From assembly GCA_030747605.1 (NCBI GenBank), contig JASLKL010000002.1, positions 1 through 54,981 on the forward strand: a DNA stretch of 54,981 bases, given 5' to 3'. Shown here piece after piece: positions 1 through 10,210 of this stretch. Under the pieces are notes generated by a model. It worked only from the letters and a program-made list of their open reading frames with translations. It made no database searches and was not told the origin of the DNA. Every line of letters begins with the position of its first letter. Within the stretch, counting starts at the first letter, position 1. Position numbers and translations under genes: made by a program. Source of the DNA: Verrucomicrobiota bacterium (GTDB taxonomy: Bacteria > Verrucomicrobiota > Verrucomicrobiia > Limisphaerales > UBA1096).

Positions 1-134
1 AAAAATAACCAACATCCAAAGAGCAACCCACAACCACGGTATTAATTCAGATCGCACATAATTATTTTTTATTAAAGGCACAAACTCAGAAACACTCGAT
101 ATCTAATTAACTATTTATTCTTTCCGAAATAAAA

Positions 135-2126
135 TCAATTTACGGCACGAAAGAATTGCCTTGCATGGCTAGACGGCAACACAATCTCAATGGCTCCATC
201 TAGAACACTCCACGGCCCATTCACTGAAAGAGACACCTCCAGCCTTCCTTCAAACTGAACAACAACCTCACCGGTTGCCTTATGTTGAATAGCTAACTTC
301 GGAGGCGTCGACATATCCTTGATAACGAATGCTGATTCGGCCAATTGCTTGTATGAATCATTTTCAAAATATCGGATCACATAATTACCTGCTGCTAAAT
401 TATCAGAAAGCAATACAGAACCTTTCCCTAAAGGCTCGCTAACTGTTCGGCTACCACCAACATAAGCCCATGAAAGGCTGGGCAACTTAGAAGGATCTGT
501 CTCGGGACGATAAATGGCAATCCAATCCTTTGCATTGCCCGGACCATAATCAAAATTTACTACTACCTTCTCTCCCAAATTAAAAACCGTTTTAGCCGAA
601 GACACAACGGGAGGAGGAACTACTTTGAAATTGTAACTCGCAAGCTCATCATAACCATCATTCTCAAAAAATTTCACTAAATATTCACCAATTGGCAACT
701 GACTAGAAAAAACTATCATACCATCTGCACGGCCCTCTCCAGCAATCTTTGATCCACTGACATAGGCCCAATCTGGCGCAACAACCGAGCCGGGAATCAT
801 TTCTGCGCCATAAATACCGATCCAATCTTTTGAATTTTTCGGACCATTAGCGAATGAAACTTTGATACTCTCCCCGGCTAAATAATTTCTGCGATCCGTC
901 GAGATGGTCGGAGGAGACGGCTTCCGAGCCGCCATACGCACACAGAAGTTCCCCAACCCTTCATCAACGTTTATTAGCTGCCAGTTCTCAGTATCTGTAG
1001 TTTTATTCCATAACGCAGATAAGCTTTGGCCAACTTCGGGGTTATCGTGCATTAATAAACCGGCTTTACTTATTTCCCCCATGCCAAAAAAATCAACAGT
1101 CCACGATGCATCCTTGATGCCTTCAGGTAATTCGATTGAGATGCCGCTAACTGTTACCATGTTATAACCAGATCGCAATGCAAAGGAATCACTCTTGAAC
1201 AATAGTGTATGCGGAATGTTACTTCCTTCCATCACATCTCCATCATTTGCATAAACACGAAGAACGCCCATTTGATTTTTTTCTAATGGGTTTAACTCCG
1301 CAAAATATTCAAACTGAATTTTTCTAATAACACGATGCTCACTTTCAATCATAAAGGAATCTCCAGCTTCACCATTAAAAAAATAAACATCCTCTTTTGC
1401 CCCTCTCGGATTATCATAAACAATCATTTCGCCTAAACTCAGTCCGAATGCTCCTCGAGGATCAACCAGAACACCACCAATATTAACACTCTCACCATCA
1501 TTAAGATAAATTCGAATCTTTCCTTTAGGAATTCCACCAAGAGGTGACAGCGATGCATAGTACTCAAACTGAACACCAGTTAGATTGCTGTTTGAGCCAT
1601 TCAGAATAACCGCATCACCAACTTCTCGCCCAGATAGATATGTTTTACCTAAAGAGGTTTTTGCATTCTCATAAACAATTCCTTCATTTTTTGCACCATT
1701 CGGGACACCAGCCAGTCGTGCTGCAAAATTAGCGTTTACTGTAACCGACTTCAGCTCCCATCCATCAATAGTTTTTTCCCAAAAATCATCATAGCTTTGC
1801 CCAACTGTCGGAGGATCATAAAGCAATAATCCTGCTTGCCCCATTCCGAGATTTGTAAACTCAACAGACCATGTTACCTCTTTAGTTCCTTCAGGAAGCT
1901 CAAGATTGAGACCCGTCACGCTAACAGTATTGTACTTATTCTGCAGATTGAACTCTCCGCTTTCATATAATAAAGTACCCGGTTTTTTAGCGACTTCTCG
2001 ACTACCTAATACGTTTTCAAATGAAAATGAAGTAGTATCTATTACTTCACAAACAGCCTGCCTTTCAAATGGAAAAGCAGCCATTATAAGCAATAATACT
2101 GTAAATAAATTGTCTCCTTTATTCAT
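135..2126 (-). CDS. secreted multi-domain protein of unknown function with internally duplicated modules
   Basis: 663-aa ORF. N-terminal hydrophobic signal-like segment (FTVLLLIMAAFPF). Duplications visible by eye: NLELPEGTKEVTWSVEF / SIELPEGIKDASWTVDF; GVQFEYYASL..IRIYLNDG / IQFEYFAEL..LRVYANDG; two tandem ~100-aa modules KDWIGIYG..FENDGY / KDWIAIYR..FENDSY. Confidence 0.6.
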   Translation of the reverse strand: MNKGDNLFTVLLLIMAAFPFERQAVCEVIDTTSFSFENVLGSREVAKKPGTLLYESGEFNLQNKYNTVSVTGLNLELPEGTKEVTWSVEFTNLGMGQAGLLLYDPPTVGQSYDDFWEKTIDGWELKSVTVNANFAARLAGVPNGAKNEGIVYENAKTSLGKTYLSGREVGDAVILNGSNSNLTGVQFEYYASLSPLGGIPKGKIRIYLNDGESVNIGGVLVDPRGAFGLSLGEMIVYDNPRGAKEDVYFFNGEAGDSFMIESEHRVIRKIQFEYFAELNPLEKNQMGVLRVYANDGDVMEGSNIPHTLLFKSDSFALRSGYNMVTVSGISIELPEGIKDASWTVDFFGMGEISKAGLLMHDNPEVGQSLSALWNKTTDTENWQLINVDEGLGNFCVRMAARKPSPPTISTDRRNYLAGESIKVSFANGPKNSKDWIGIYGAEMIPGSVVAPDWAYVSGSKIAGEGRADGMIVFSSQLPIGEYLVKFFENDGYDELASYNFKVVPPPVVSSAKTVFNLGEKVVVNFDYGPGNAKDWIAIYRPETDPSKLPSLSWAYVGGSRTVSEPLGKGSVLLSDNLAAGNYVIRYFENDSYKQLAESAFVIKDMSTPPKLAIQHKATGEVVVQFEGRLEVSLSVNGPWSVLDGAIEIVLPSSHARQFFRAVN

Positions 2127-2245
2127 AATACCCCTCTATTCCCCATCACCTATGCATGCAATAAAGACCGATAACAATCAATACAAGTCAATATTGTTTT
2201 GAGATCATGAAAGTAATATTAAATAGCCAAGTAGTTAACCATTAT

Positions 2246-4933
2246 CTATAGCAATCCAATTACTTGACTAAGAGCTTCATCAATTTTTGATGTATCCTTA
2301 CCTCCTCCTCTTGCTTGACTTGGATTACCACCACCTTTACCCCCTACAATTGGAGCAATGGTCTGGATAATTTCACCAGCCTGAATACGATCCGTTAAAT
2401 CTTCAGAAACATTTGCTATCAACGCCACTCTACTACCTCCACCAGCCCCGAGTACAATTACTCCATCGAACTCTGCTTTTAATGCATCAACAATTGATTG
2501 CGCCTGATCACCTTCCAGCGAACCAAGATTTGCGGTAATTAAATTAATTCCATTTACCACCTGAATCTTATCCAATAGAGCTTTTGCCTGCATAGCTGCT
2601 TGTCTTTGATTTAAAGTTTTTAACTCCTTCTCAAGCATTTTTGTTTGTTCTAATGAACTTATTATCTTTTTCTCAATATCGCGAACAGGAGTATTTAACT
2701 GATCAGCTATAGCAAGAATCCGCTCAGCATCAGCTCGAGCCTGACTAGAAGCTACCAATCCGGCAATTGCTTCTATACGACGCACACCAGCAGCAACTGC
2801 TGATTCTGATTGAATTCTAAATAAACCCACCTCTCCCGTAAAACTAACGTGAGTGCCTCCACACAATTCCATTGAGTACCCATCTAAAGCATTAGGGTGC
2901 CCACCTATTTGGACAACACGAACTTTATCCCCGTACTTGTCACCAAAGAACTGCAATATATCATCTCGACTAGCAATATCGCTGTAACTTACCTCAACCC
3001 AACTAACGCTAGCATTTTCTAAAATACGCTCATTCACAAGCTCCTCAATGTCGCATAATTGCTGTGAGGTTAGCGGTTGGCTATTGAAGTCAAATGTCAA
3101 TTTTTCTGGCCCTACAAAGGAACCTTTTTGAGTACAATCAGGCGATGTCACCTCATGTAGTGCCCAATGAAAAAGATGCGTCACAGTGTGGTGCCGCTGG
3201 ATAGCTGCCCGCCGATTCACATCAACTCTCAACTCCACCTCAGATCCTTCAGCAGGAGCCTCCTTCCCTTTAATTACATGCAGAAAAGCATCTCCGACCT
3301 TTTGTGTATCAGACACCACAAGTTCTTGATCCTCGAATACAAGAAACCCCGTATCACCCAACTGCCCACCCATTTCTGCATAAAATGGCGATCGATCTAA
3401 AACTACGGCTGTTTGCTTTTCATCTTTAAGCACCTCAACGACTTTAGATTTAGTAGAATCAACTTCAAAACCAACAAATTCAGTTTTTGCATCAGTTACC
3501 AAACTGCTAACACTGATGATTTCTTTCTTTTGAGCAGAACGAGCACGATCACGCTGCTCACTCATCAATTTTTCAAACCCTGAAGCATCTATCAATAATC
3601 CAGCCTCGCGAGCCATTAACTGAGTTAAGTCTAACGGAAATCCGTAAGTATCATATAATTTGAATGCGAAATCTCCCGTAAACTCTTTATTATCTCCTAA
3701 CTTTTTCGCCTCCTCCTTAAAAAGCTCAATTCCCCGATCAAGAGTCTTATTAAACGATTGTTCCTCATTACGAATGACTTCTTGAACAAGGCCTCTCCTT
3801 TGAGTGAGTTCCGGAAAAACTCCTCCCATAGATTCAACAAGAACATCCACTAATTTATAAAAAAATGGCTTCTTGAATCCGAGAGTCCTCCCATACCGCA
3901 CTGCACGACGAAGAATACGACGAAGAACATAGTTTCTATCAGTATTCCCAGGCTGGATTGCATCCGCGATAGAAAAACTAAGTGTTCTGATGTGATCTCC
4001 TATAACCCTAAACGCAACATCTACTTTCTCCTGCTCAGTTGGCTCCGTACTGGGTAAAGTAGATTTATATTTCCTGCCACTCTGTTTTTCAAGTTCTGCA
4101 AAAATCGGACTAAAAATATCAGTATCATAATTAGAAACTGTTCTAGTAAAATCAGTAAAATTATTTGTTGTCTGCATTATTGCTGTAACACGCTCAAATC
4201 CCATCCCTGTGTCAACATGCTTTGCAGCTAAAGGCGAAAATGTACCATCTGCGTTGGCGTTATATTGAATAAAAACAAGATTCCATATCTCAATACAATC
4301 AGCACTATCCGAGTTAACAAGCCCACCTTGTGTGTCTCCAGCCGCAGTGAGGTCAACATGTAATTCGCTACAAGGACCACATGGCCCTGTATCCCCCATC
4401 ATCCAAAAATTATCTTTCTTATTTCCATACACAATATGAACCTTCGGATCTAAACCCGCTCTTTCAAAAATAGCCGCCCAATAATCGTAAGCTTCTTGAT
4501 CAAATTCACCCGGATCACCTTTCCCCGGCTTATACACTGTTGCGTAAATACGTTCCTTTGGAAATTTCCATACATCAGCAATAAGCTCCCACGACCATTC
4601 AATTGCTTCCTTTTTAAAATAATCGCCAAACGACCAGTTGCCTAGCATCTCAAAAAATGTGTGATGGTAAGTATCCATACCCACATCCTCTAGATCGTTA
4701 TGTTTTCCGCCGGCCCTAATACATTTTTGAGTATCGACAGCACGGCCCGGTGAATATGGACATTTTTGTTCTCCAAGAAATATTGGAACGAATTGATTCA
4801 TCCCCGCATTTGTGAATAAAAGATTAGGAGCATCAGGCATCAAGCTAGCAGAAGGCACTATCGTGTGCTGCTTAGCTTTAAAAAAATCAAGAAATGATTG
4901 TCGAATCTCGGAACTAGTCATCATGATAACCAA
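2246..4933 (-). CDS. alaS: alanine--tRNA ligase (alanyl-tRNA synthetase)
   Basis: 895-aa ORF with AlaRS hallmarks: N-terminal SSEIRQSFLDFFKAKQH, FTNAGMNQF, editing-domain HHTVTHLFHWAL and CGGTH, C-terminal GGKGGGNPSQARGGG. True start may be the ATG at 4924 or 4921 rather than 4933. Confidence 0.97.
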   Translation of the reverse strand: MVIMMTSSEIRQSFLDFFKAKQHTIVPSASLMPDAPNLLFTNAGMNQFVPIFLGEQKCPYSPGRAVDTQKCIRAGGKHNDLEDVGMDTYHHTFFEMLGNWSFGDYFKKEAIEWSWELIADVWKFPKERIYATVYKPGKGDPGEFDQEAYDYWAAIFERAGLDPKVHIVYGNKKDNFWMMGDTGPCGPCSELHVDLTAAGDTQGGLVNSDSADCIEIWNLVFIQYNANADGTFSPLAAKHVDTGMGFERVTAIMQTTNNFTDFTRTVSNYDTDIFSPIFAELEKQSGRKYKSTLPSTEPTEQEKVDVAFRVIGDHIRTLSFSIADAIQPGNTDRNYVLRRILRRAVRYGRTLGFKKPFFYKLVDVLVESMGGVFPELTQRRGLVQEVIRNEEQSFNKTLDRGIELFKEEAKKLGDNKEFTGDFAFKLYDTYGFPLDLTQLMAREAGLLIDASGFEKLMSEQRDRARSAQKKEIISVSSLVTDAKTEFVGFEVDSTKSKVVEVLKDEKQTAVVLDRSPFYAEMGGQLGDTGFLVFEDQELVVSDTQKVGDAFLHVIKGKEAPAEGSEVELRVDVNRRAAIQRHHTVTHLFHWALHEVTSPDCTQKGSFVGPEKLTFDFNSQPLTSQQLCDIEELVNERILENASVSWVEVSYSDIASRDDILQFFGDKYGDKVRVVQIGGHPNALDGYSMELCGGTHVSFTGEVGLFRIQSESAVAAGVRRIEAIAGLVASSQARADAERILAIADQLNTPVRDIEKKIISSLEQTKMLEKELKTLNQRQAAMQAKALLDKIQVVNGINLITANLGSLEGDQAQSIVDALKAEFDGVIVLGAGGGSRVALIANVSEDLTDRIQAGEIIQTIAPIVGGKGGGNPSQARGGGKDTSKIDEALSQVIGLL

Positions 4934-5117
4934 AAACGGCGCGAGAAAGAAAAACCACCATAGGCAAAGGCTGCAAGCTAAACTACTGCATAATTGAACA
5001 TATTAAACAATTAAATCGTCCAGATTTTGATTTAATCAACCAATTGGGTATCATTTTTGCGTGCCCATAGGCTATCAGTTCAGTTAGGATTCAACCGCAA
5101 ATTGTAAGGGAGACATT

Positions 5118-7046
5118 GTGCATTTTGAGTACTCACAAATTCTTTGGCTGACGATATTAATAGTAGCTTTACTAGGATTGTTCTTTTGGTGGTCATGGCA
5201 AAAACGCTCAAAACTGTTGAACCAGTTCGTTCACGCTAAATTAGTCAAACAACTCACGCTTGGTGTATCGCCTAATCGTCGTTTAATCAAGATAGGGCTA
5301 CTTATGGCAGCAGTAGCCCTACTTTTAACGGCAGTAGCAAGACCTAAACTTGGATTTGAATGGCAGGAGATGGAGATGCAAGGCCTCGATATCCTTGTCG
5401 CAGTTGACACTTCCAAAAGCATGCTTGCCAACGATCAGAACCCTAATCGAATAGAGAGAGCTAAGCTTGCCGTTCTCGACCTAATGCGTTTGGCCAAACG
5501 CGATCGACTTGGTCTTATCGCCTTCTCCGGAACCGCCTTTCTTCAATGCCCACTAACCATCGATAGAAACGCTTTTACGCAAAGCGTCAATTCACTCAAT
5601 ACAAAAATCATACCTCAAGGAGGCACAGCTATCGGCGAGGCTGTCAACGAAGCCGTACGAGCATTTAAAAAAGAAGAAGATAATCATAGAGTATTGGTTC
5701 TATTTACGGATGGGGAAGATCACGAAGAAGGCATTGATATTTCAATAAAAAAAGCTAAAGAAATCGGATTGAAGGTTTTTACAGTGGGTATTGGAACACC
5801 CGAGGGCGAATTGATTCAGATACGCAATTCACAAACAGGAAACCTTGATTTTCTTAAAGATGAAAGCGGCAATGTAGTTAAATCGCGCCTAAACGAAAAT
5901 TTATTGCGACAGCTTTCTACTGATACAGGAGCCTTCTACCTACCCATGCAAGGGGCAGATACTGCCGAACGTTTATACTCCTCCGGACTGGCAGGGCTGA
6001 CTCCCAGCCGAGTGGAAAACCAAATGACAAAACGCTTCACAGAGCGATACCGATGGCCGTTAGGTCTCGCTATACTTTTACTTATAATTGAAAAAATACT
6101 ACCAGAGGTTAAACGCCTTAAGCAGAAACATGCCACCTCAATTGTTCACCGTACTGCAGCTATATTTATAATTTTAACTACATCAAGCCTTGTTAAAGCT
6201 TCAACGACAGAAGCCCGCGTACATATGGATAACGGCGATTATTCGAAAGCACTAGAAGTCTATGAAAGAATAATTCCGGAATATGAGAACGACTCCTCAT
6301 TAAAAGCTCGCTTACAATACAATGCAGGAACTGCAGCTTATAACGCCAAGGATTACGTGAAGGCTGAAGAATACTTCAGAAAAGCAATCAATCAAACAAA
6401 AGCCCCCATTTCGTTACAGCAGCGGGCTTTTTACAATTTAGGCAATTCTAAGTATCGACTGGGCGAAACAACACAAAATCCAGATGAAAAAATAAAACAA
6501 TGGACCGAAGCCTTAAAACAATTCCAGGGAGCCCATAGCTTAAGCAAACAAGTAGAAGGATCTCCCGAGGATGAAGATGCGCTATTTAATTCTGAATTAG
6601 TCAAAAAAAGACTCAAACAACTCGAGCAACAGCAACAGCAACAGCAACAAGGAGACAAAAAGCAAAAAAACGAAGAAGAACAAGAGAATCAACAACAAAA
6701 TTCAGAGAACAATAAAAACGAAGAAGAGCAGCAAAACAAAGACAAACAGTCAGAGGAAAAAGAAAAGAAAGAAGAAGAAGAAAAACAATCTAACCAACAA
6801 CAAAACAAAGACAAACAGGAGCAGAAAAAACAAAGTGGAGCCAAGGGAGATGAAGAAAAAGAACAAGCCAAACCAGGGCAATCCCCGAACCAATCAGATT
6901 CTGAACAAACCCAAAAGGATGGCAAAATGACCCCTGAACAAGCTAAACGATTGCTCGACTCTTTAAAACAACAAGAAAGATCTCTGATCTATAAACCAAC
7001 AGAAAAAAGAAAGGCCAACAAACGCGGGAAAATCCGTGATTGGTAA
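5118..7046 (+). CDS. batB: BatB/BatC-like fusion: membrane-anchored von Willebrand factor A domain plus TPR protein with Gln/Glu/Lys-rich tail
   Basis: GTG-start 642-aa ORF. N-terminal TM (ILWLTILIVALLGLFFWW), MIDAS-type DTSKS in DILVAVDTSKSM, LFTDGEDH, second TM, TPR-like repeats (YNAGTAAYNAKDYVKAEEYFRKAI), poly-Q and E/K/Q low-complexity tail. Followed by BatD- and BatE-like genes. Confidence 0.75.
   Translation: MHFEYSQILWLTILIVALLGLFFWWSWQKRSKLLNQFVHAKLVKQLTLGVSPNRRLIKIGLLMAAVALLLTAVARPKLGFEWQEMEMQGLDILVAVDTSKSMLANDQNPNRIERAKLAVLDLMRLAKRDRLGLIAFSGTAFLQCPLTIDRNAFTQSVNSLNTKIIPQGGTAIGEAVNEAVRAFKKEEDNHRVLVLFTDGEDHEEGIDISIKKAKEIGLKVFTVGIGTPEGELIQIRNSQTGNLDFLKDESGNVVKSRLNENLLRQLSTDTGAFYLPMQGADTAERLYSSGLAGLTPSRVENQMTKRFTERYRWPLGLAILLLIIEKILPEVKRLKQKHATSIVHRTAAIFIILTTSSLVKASTTEARVHMDNGDYSKALEVYERIIPEYENDSSLKARLQYNAGTAAYNAKDYVKAEEYFRKAINQTKAPISLQQRAFYNLGNSKYRLGETTQNPDEKIKQWTEALKQFQGAHSLSKQVEGSPEDEDALFNSELVKKRLKQLEQQQQQQQQGDKKQKNEEEQENQQQNSENNKNEEEQQNKDKQSEEKEKKEEEEKQSNQQQNKDKQEQKKQSGAKGDEEKEQAKPGQSPNQSDSEQTQKDGKMTPEQAKRLLDSLKQQERSLIYKPTEKRKANKRGKIRDW
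6627..6650 (+). repeat. (CAA/CAG)8 trinucleotide run encoding Q8 inside the BatB/C-like gene
   Basis: Sequence caacagcaacagcaacagcaacaa read directly; in frame, within a longer Q/E/K-rich low-complexity coding tail (about 6620-6930). Confidence 0.9.
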
Positions 7047-8793
7047 AATGATCCGTTTATTCGTAATCAACTTTCTCCTACTACACGCGGTTAGCGCACA
7101 CGCTCAACGAGCAGTTGCAACCTTAGATCGATCGACTGTAGCTGTTGGAGAAGGGGTCGGTTTCAGCATTGCCTGTGAAAATTTCCAGCCGTCAAGACTC
7201 CCTGCCCTACCGACCATTTCTGGTTTACGAATTTCTAATTCTGGTTCTGGCCGTAGTTTTCAACTTGGTGGGGGACAACAAATTAGCACTCTTACTTACA
7301 ATTTTCTTATAACACCAAATAAAACCGGCACATACACTATCCCCGGAGTATCCATCCAATCTAATTCCGGTTTATTCAAAACTCAGCCACTAAAACTCCG
7401 GGTTGTAGCCGCTGACTCACCTGATAATAAAAGCCAGATATCTGATTACGCCTTCATCCGCCTCATACCAAGTAAAGATGCAGCTTATGTTGGAGAACCT
7501 ATTCCGATCGAAATTCAACTATTCTTACAAAATGGACGTTTCAATATGCCAGAACTGGCTGCTGAAGGATTTAATCTAACAGAATACCCCGAGCCTCGAT
7601 CGTCTAGAGCTCAAAAAGGCAACGCTATCTATCAAGTTCGCACCTTCCAAACAGCTGCCACCCCAGTAAAGGCCGGCAATCTTAAAATTGGCCCCGTCAA
7701 AATGGATGTGGTTTTGAAAATAAGACAGAATCAACGTCGAAGAAGTCCTTTTAACGACCCATTTGAGGGACTCTTGACAAGATATCAAGATGTCCCTGTA
7801 AAAATTGAAGCAAAGGCACAAAACATAACTGTTAAACCTCTGCCTACTGAAGGTCGACCTGATAATTTCAACGGTGCTGTTGGACAATTTTCTATGACCG
7901 CAAAGGCTTCTCCTCTTAAAGTCACTGTCGGCGATCCAGTCACGATCAACATCGAACTATCCGGACTAGGCACAATCGAGACACTTAGCCTTCCCAAACT
8001 AGAATGGCCAGGTTTCAAGAGCTACGAACCATCTATTTCATCAAAAAAAACTGATCCACTTGGCCTAAATGGCATCAAAGCTTTTGAACAAGTAATTATT
8101 CCTGAAAACGAAACAATCAAAGAAGTCCCAAGGATTGAAATAGCATACTTCGATCCGAAAGCAGAAAATTATAAAGTCCTATCTCAAGGACCATTTGCAT
8201 TAAAAGTAAATCCGAGCACAAAACCTAACCCAATCCCAAGCACGTCCATAACTGGAAATGAGTCATCTAATTTGGCAGACGAACAACAACAACTATCCGA
8301 AATTCTTTGGATTAAATATGAAGCGGGAGCACTAAGTCATGCAACCCCATTTGTAATTCGTCCAGCCTTCTGGTTATTACAGTCAATACCATTATTATTC
8401 TTCATAGGAGCACTAAGTTGGCGCCGCAAAAAAAATGCATTTGCTAATAACCCTAAGTTACTCAGACAGCTTCAAGTCGAACAAATCACGAGTAAAACCT
8501 TATCGAAATTATCGAAATTAGCTGAAGAAAACAAAGCATTAGAGTTCTACATAGAACTAGCAAAAGTTCTACGAGAACATTTGGGACTCAAATTAGACAT
8601 CCCCTCAGAGGGTATCACTTGCGATTCTATAGACGAACCACTTGCCAAAAAAAATATCAAGTCTGAAACTCGAAAAATATTGCGCAGATTATTCATCAGC
8701 TGTGATGCAGCCAGTTATGCAGCCTCACAATCCACCGCAGAACTACAAGAATGTCTAAACGATTTAGAAAAGGTCATTAGTGATCTAAAATGA
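7036..8793 (+). CDS. batD: BatD-like membrane protein
   Basis: 585-aa ORF. Signal peptide (LLLHAVSAHAQ), long extracytoplasmic region, C-terminal TM (FWLLQSIPLLFFIGALSW) followed by RRKK. Sits between BatB-like and BatE-like genes. Call rests on size, topology and context. ATG at 7048, just after the upstream stop, is a likely alternative to the GTG at 7036. Confidence 0.6.
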   Translation: MIGKMIRLFVINFLLLHAVSAHAQRAVATLDRSTVAVGEGVGFSIACENFQPSRLPALPTISGLRISNSGSGRSFQLGGGQQISTLTYNFLITPNKTGTYTIPGVSIQSNSGLFKTQPLKLRVVAADSPDNKSQISDYAFIRLIPSKDAAYVGEPIPIEIQLFLQNGRFNMPELAAEGFNLTEYPEPRSSRAQKGNAIYQVRTFQTAATPVKAGNLKIGPVKMDVVLKIRQNQRRRSPFNDPFEGLLTRYQDVPVKIEAKAQNITVKPLPTEGRPDNFNGAVGQFSMTAKASPLKVTVGDPVTINIELSGLGTIETLSLPKLEWPGFKSYEPSISSKKTDPLGLNGIKAFEQVIIPENETIKEVPRIEIAYFDPKAENYKVLSQGPFALKVNPSTKPNPIPSTSITGNESSNLADEQQQLSEILWIKYEAGALSHATPFVIRPAFWLLQSIPLLFFIGALSWRRKKNAFANNPKLLRQLQVEQITSKTLSKLSKLAEENKALEFYIELAKVLREHLGLKLDIPSEGITCDSIDEPLAKKNIKSETRKILRRLFISCDAASYAASQSTAELQECLNDLEKVISDLK

Positions 8794-9542
8794 ATATATC
8801 CTACCAAAAAACAATCAACTACACTTGGATATTAATAATATTTTTCTTGTCAGAAATAATCACACTTCATGGAGATTCACTAACATTCAAAAAAGCCAAC
8901 GAATTTTTTGACAACGGAAAATATCCGGAAGCTATACAGGCATATAATGATTTAAGTTCAAATGGCGTATCAGTCAATCTACTGTTTAATTTAGGAAATG
9001 CTCATTTCAAAGCCGGTGAAATTGGCAAGGCTATGTCGAGCTATCAAAGAGCGTTGAAACTTTCTCCTCGCCATCCGGATGTTATAGCCAATCTTCGCTT
9101 CGCTCACAAACAAGCACAAACTGAACCAATACCAATTACATTCCGTCAAAAATTAATCCGCAAACTATCCATTCAAGAGTGGACTGTAATAACTTCGCTT
9201 TCAGGCTCGCTATTTTTGATACTTATAGGGATATTCCAACTTAATCCCTCACACAGCAAAAACATAATATGGATAAAGGTTTTCGGAGTCGCCACGTGTA
9301 TCCTACTTCTATTTTCAGGGATGTCCGTAATAGATTATTTCGATGATAAACAGGCATTTGCAACCCAAGATGGCGCTATTGTTCATACTGGCCCAGTTGA
9401 ACAGTCACCAGAGTTATTTAAGGTAACAGATGGAATGGAGTTGATAGTACTTGGGCGCAGTGGAGAATTTATCAATGTACAATCTAACATTGGGTCAGCT
9501 GGATGGATTCACACCAACTCAGTTGCATTCACACTTCCTTGA
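8790..9542 (+). CDS. batE: BatE-like TPR plus SH3b-domain membrane protein
   Basis: 250 aa. ATGA start/stop overlap with the upstream gene. TPR repeats (GKYPEAIQAYNDL, GNAHFKAGEIGKAMSSYQRALKLSP), central TM segments, C-terminal SH3b-like segment (ELIVLGRSGEFINVQSNIGSAGWIH). Confidence 0.65.
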   Translation: MNISYQKTINYTWILIIFFLSEIITLHGDSLTFKKANEFFDNGKYPEAIQAYNDLSSNGVSVNLLFNLGNAHFKAGEIGKAMSSYQRALKLSPRHPDVIANLRFAHKQAQTEPIPITFRQKLIRKLSIQEWTVITSLSGSLFLILIGIFQLNPSHSKNIIWIKVFGVATCILLLFSGMSVIDYFDDKQAFATQDGAIVHTGPVEQSPELFKVTDGMELIVLGRSGEFINVQSNIGSAGWIHTNSVAFTLP

Positions 9543-9586
9543 TCACGTGAAATTTTAGTCTCTTACTCCTACGGAGCTATCTACTG

Positions 9587-10210
9587 CTATTTTTGATTTC
9601 TTTCAGCGTCTTTACTAAGGGCTGCCCTCACAGAATTAAGTTCTTTTTCACTCAAAAGGCCATCTTTATTCACATCACTTTTAAGAAAAACTCTTAAGCG
9701 CGCTTTCTCTCGAGGCTCCTCACGCATATCTCGGTTACGCCCACCACTTCTACTCGGTGGACGGGTAATGTATTTCATCAACCAATCCATGGTCTTGAAT
9801 TTTCCAGCTTCAACCTCTTTGGCAATAGTAGCTCTTTCACTAGTATTTAAACTGCCATCCTTATTGATATCATATTCATCATTAATTTCTTTGAAACGAC
9901 GGTCCACCCATTGACGTGCTTGGCTAAACTCTTGCTCGTTCAATTTATTATCTTCGTCCATATCAAATTTAGAAATAATTGGATCAGGATAGCGAAACTG
10001 CCTTCGCTCCGGGCGACGACGCTCAGTTTTAGGAGGATTTAATTTATCATAACGAATTTTCTCGCGCTCTATGGAGCTTAAACGGCCATCCTTGTTGGCA
10101 TCATACTTAACCAAGAGCCTCTTTTGAAAATCAGACTTCTCTGAAGCCAAACCAAATGGCCCAAAAACTGTACCGATGCATATTAAAACACTTACTTTTA
10201 TTGCATTCAT
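9587..10210 (-). CDS. secreted EF-hand calcium-binding protein
   Basis: 207 aa. Signal peptide. Four canonical EF-hand loops: DANKDGRLSSIE, DMDEDNKLNEQE, DINKDGSLNTSE, DVNKDGLLSEKE. Arg-rich linkers. Start overlaps the stop of the upstream CotH-like gene by 4 nt. Confidence 0.8.
   Translation of the reverse strand: MNAIKVSVLICIGTVFGPFGLASEKSDFQKRLLVKYDANKDGRLSSIEREKIRYDKLNPPKTERRRPERRQFRYPDPIISKFDMDEDNKLNEQEFSQARQWVDRRFKEINDEYDINKDGSLNTSERATIAKEVEAGKFKTMDWLMKYITRPPSRSGGRNRDMREEPREKARLRVFLKSDVNKDGLLSEKELNSVRAALSKDAERNQK

Noticed and set aside
6431-6925. Minus-strand Cys/Ser/Phe-rich ORFs (CCCCCCCC..., 75 and 78 aa)
   Set aside because: These are antisense readings of the poly-Q and E/K/Q low-complexity coding tail of the BatB/C-like gene, i.e. 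a low-complexity artefact.
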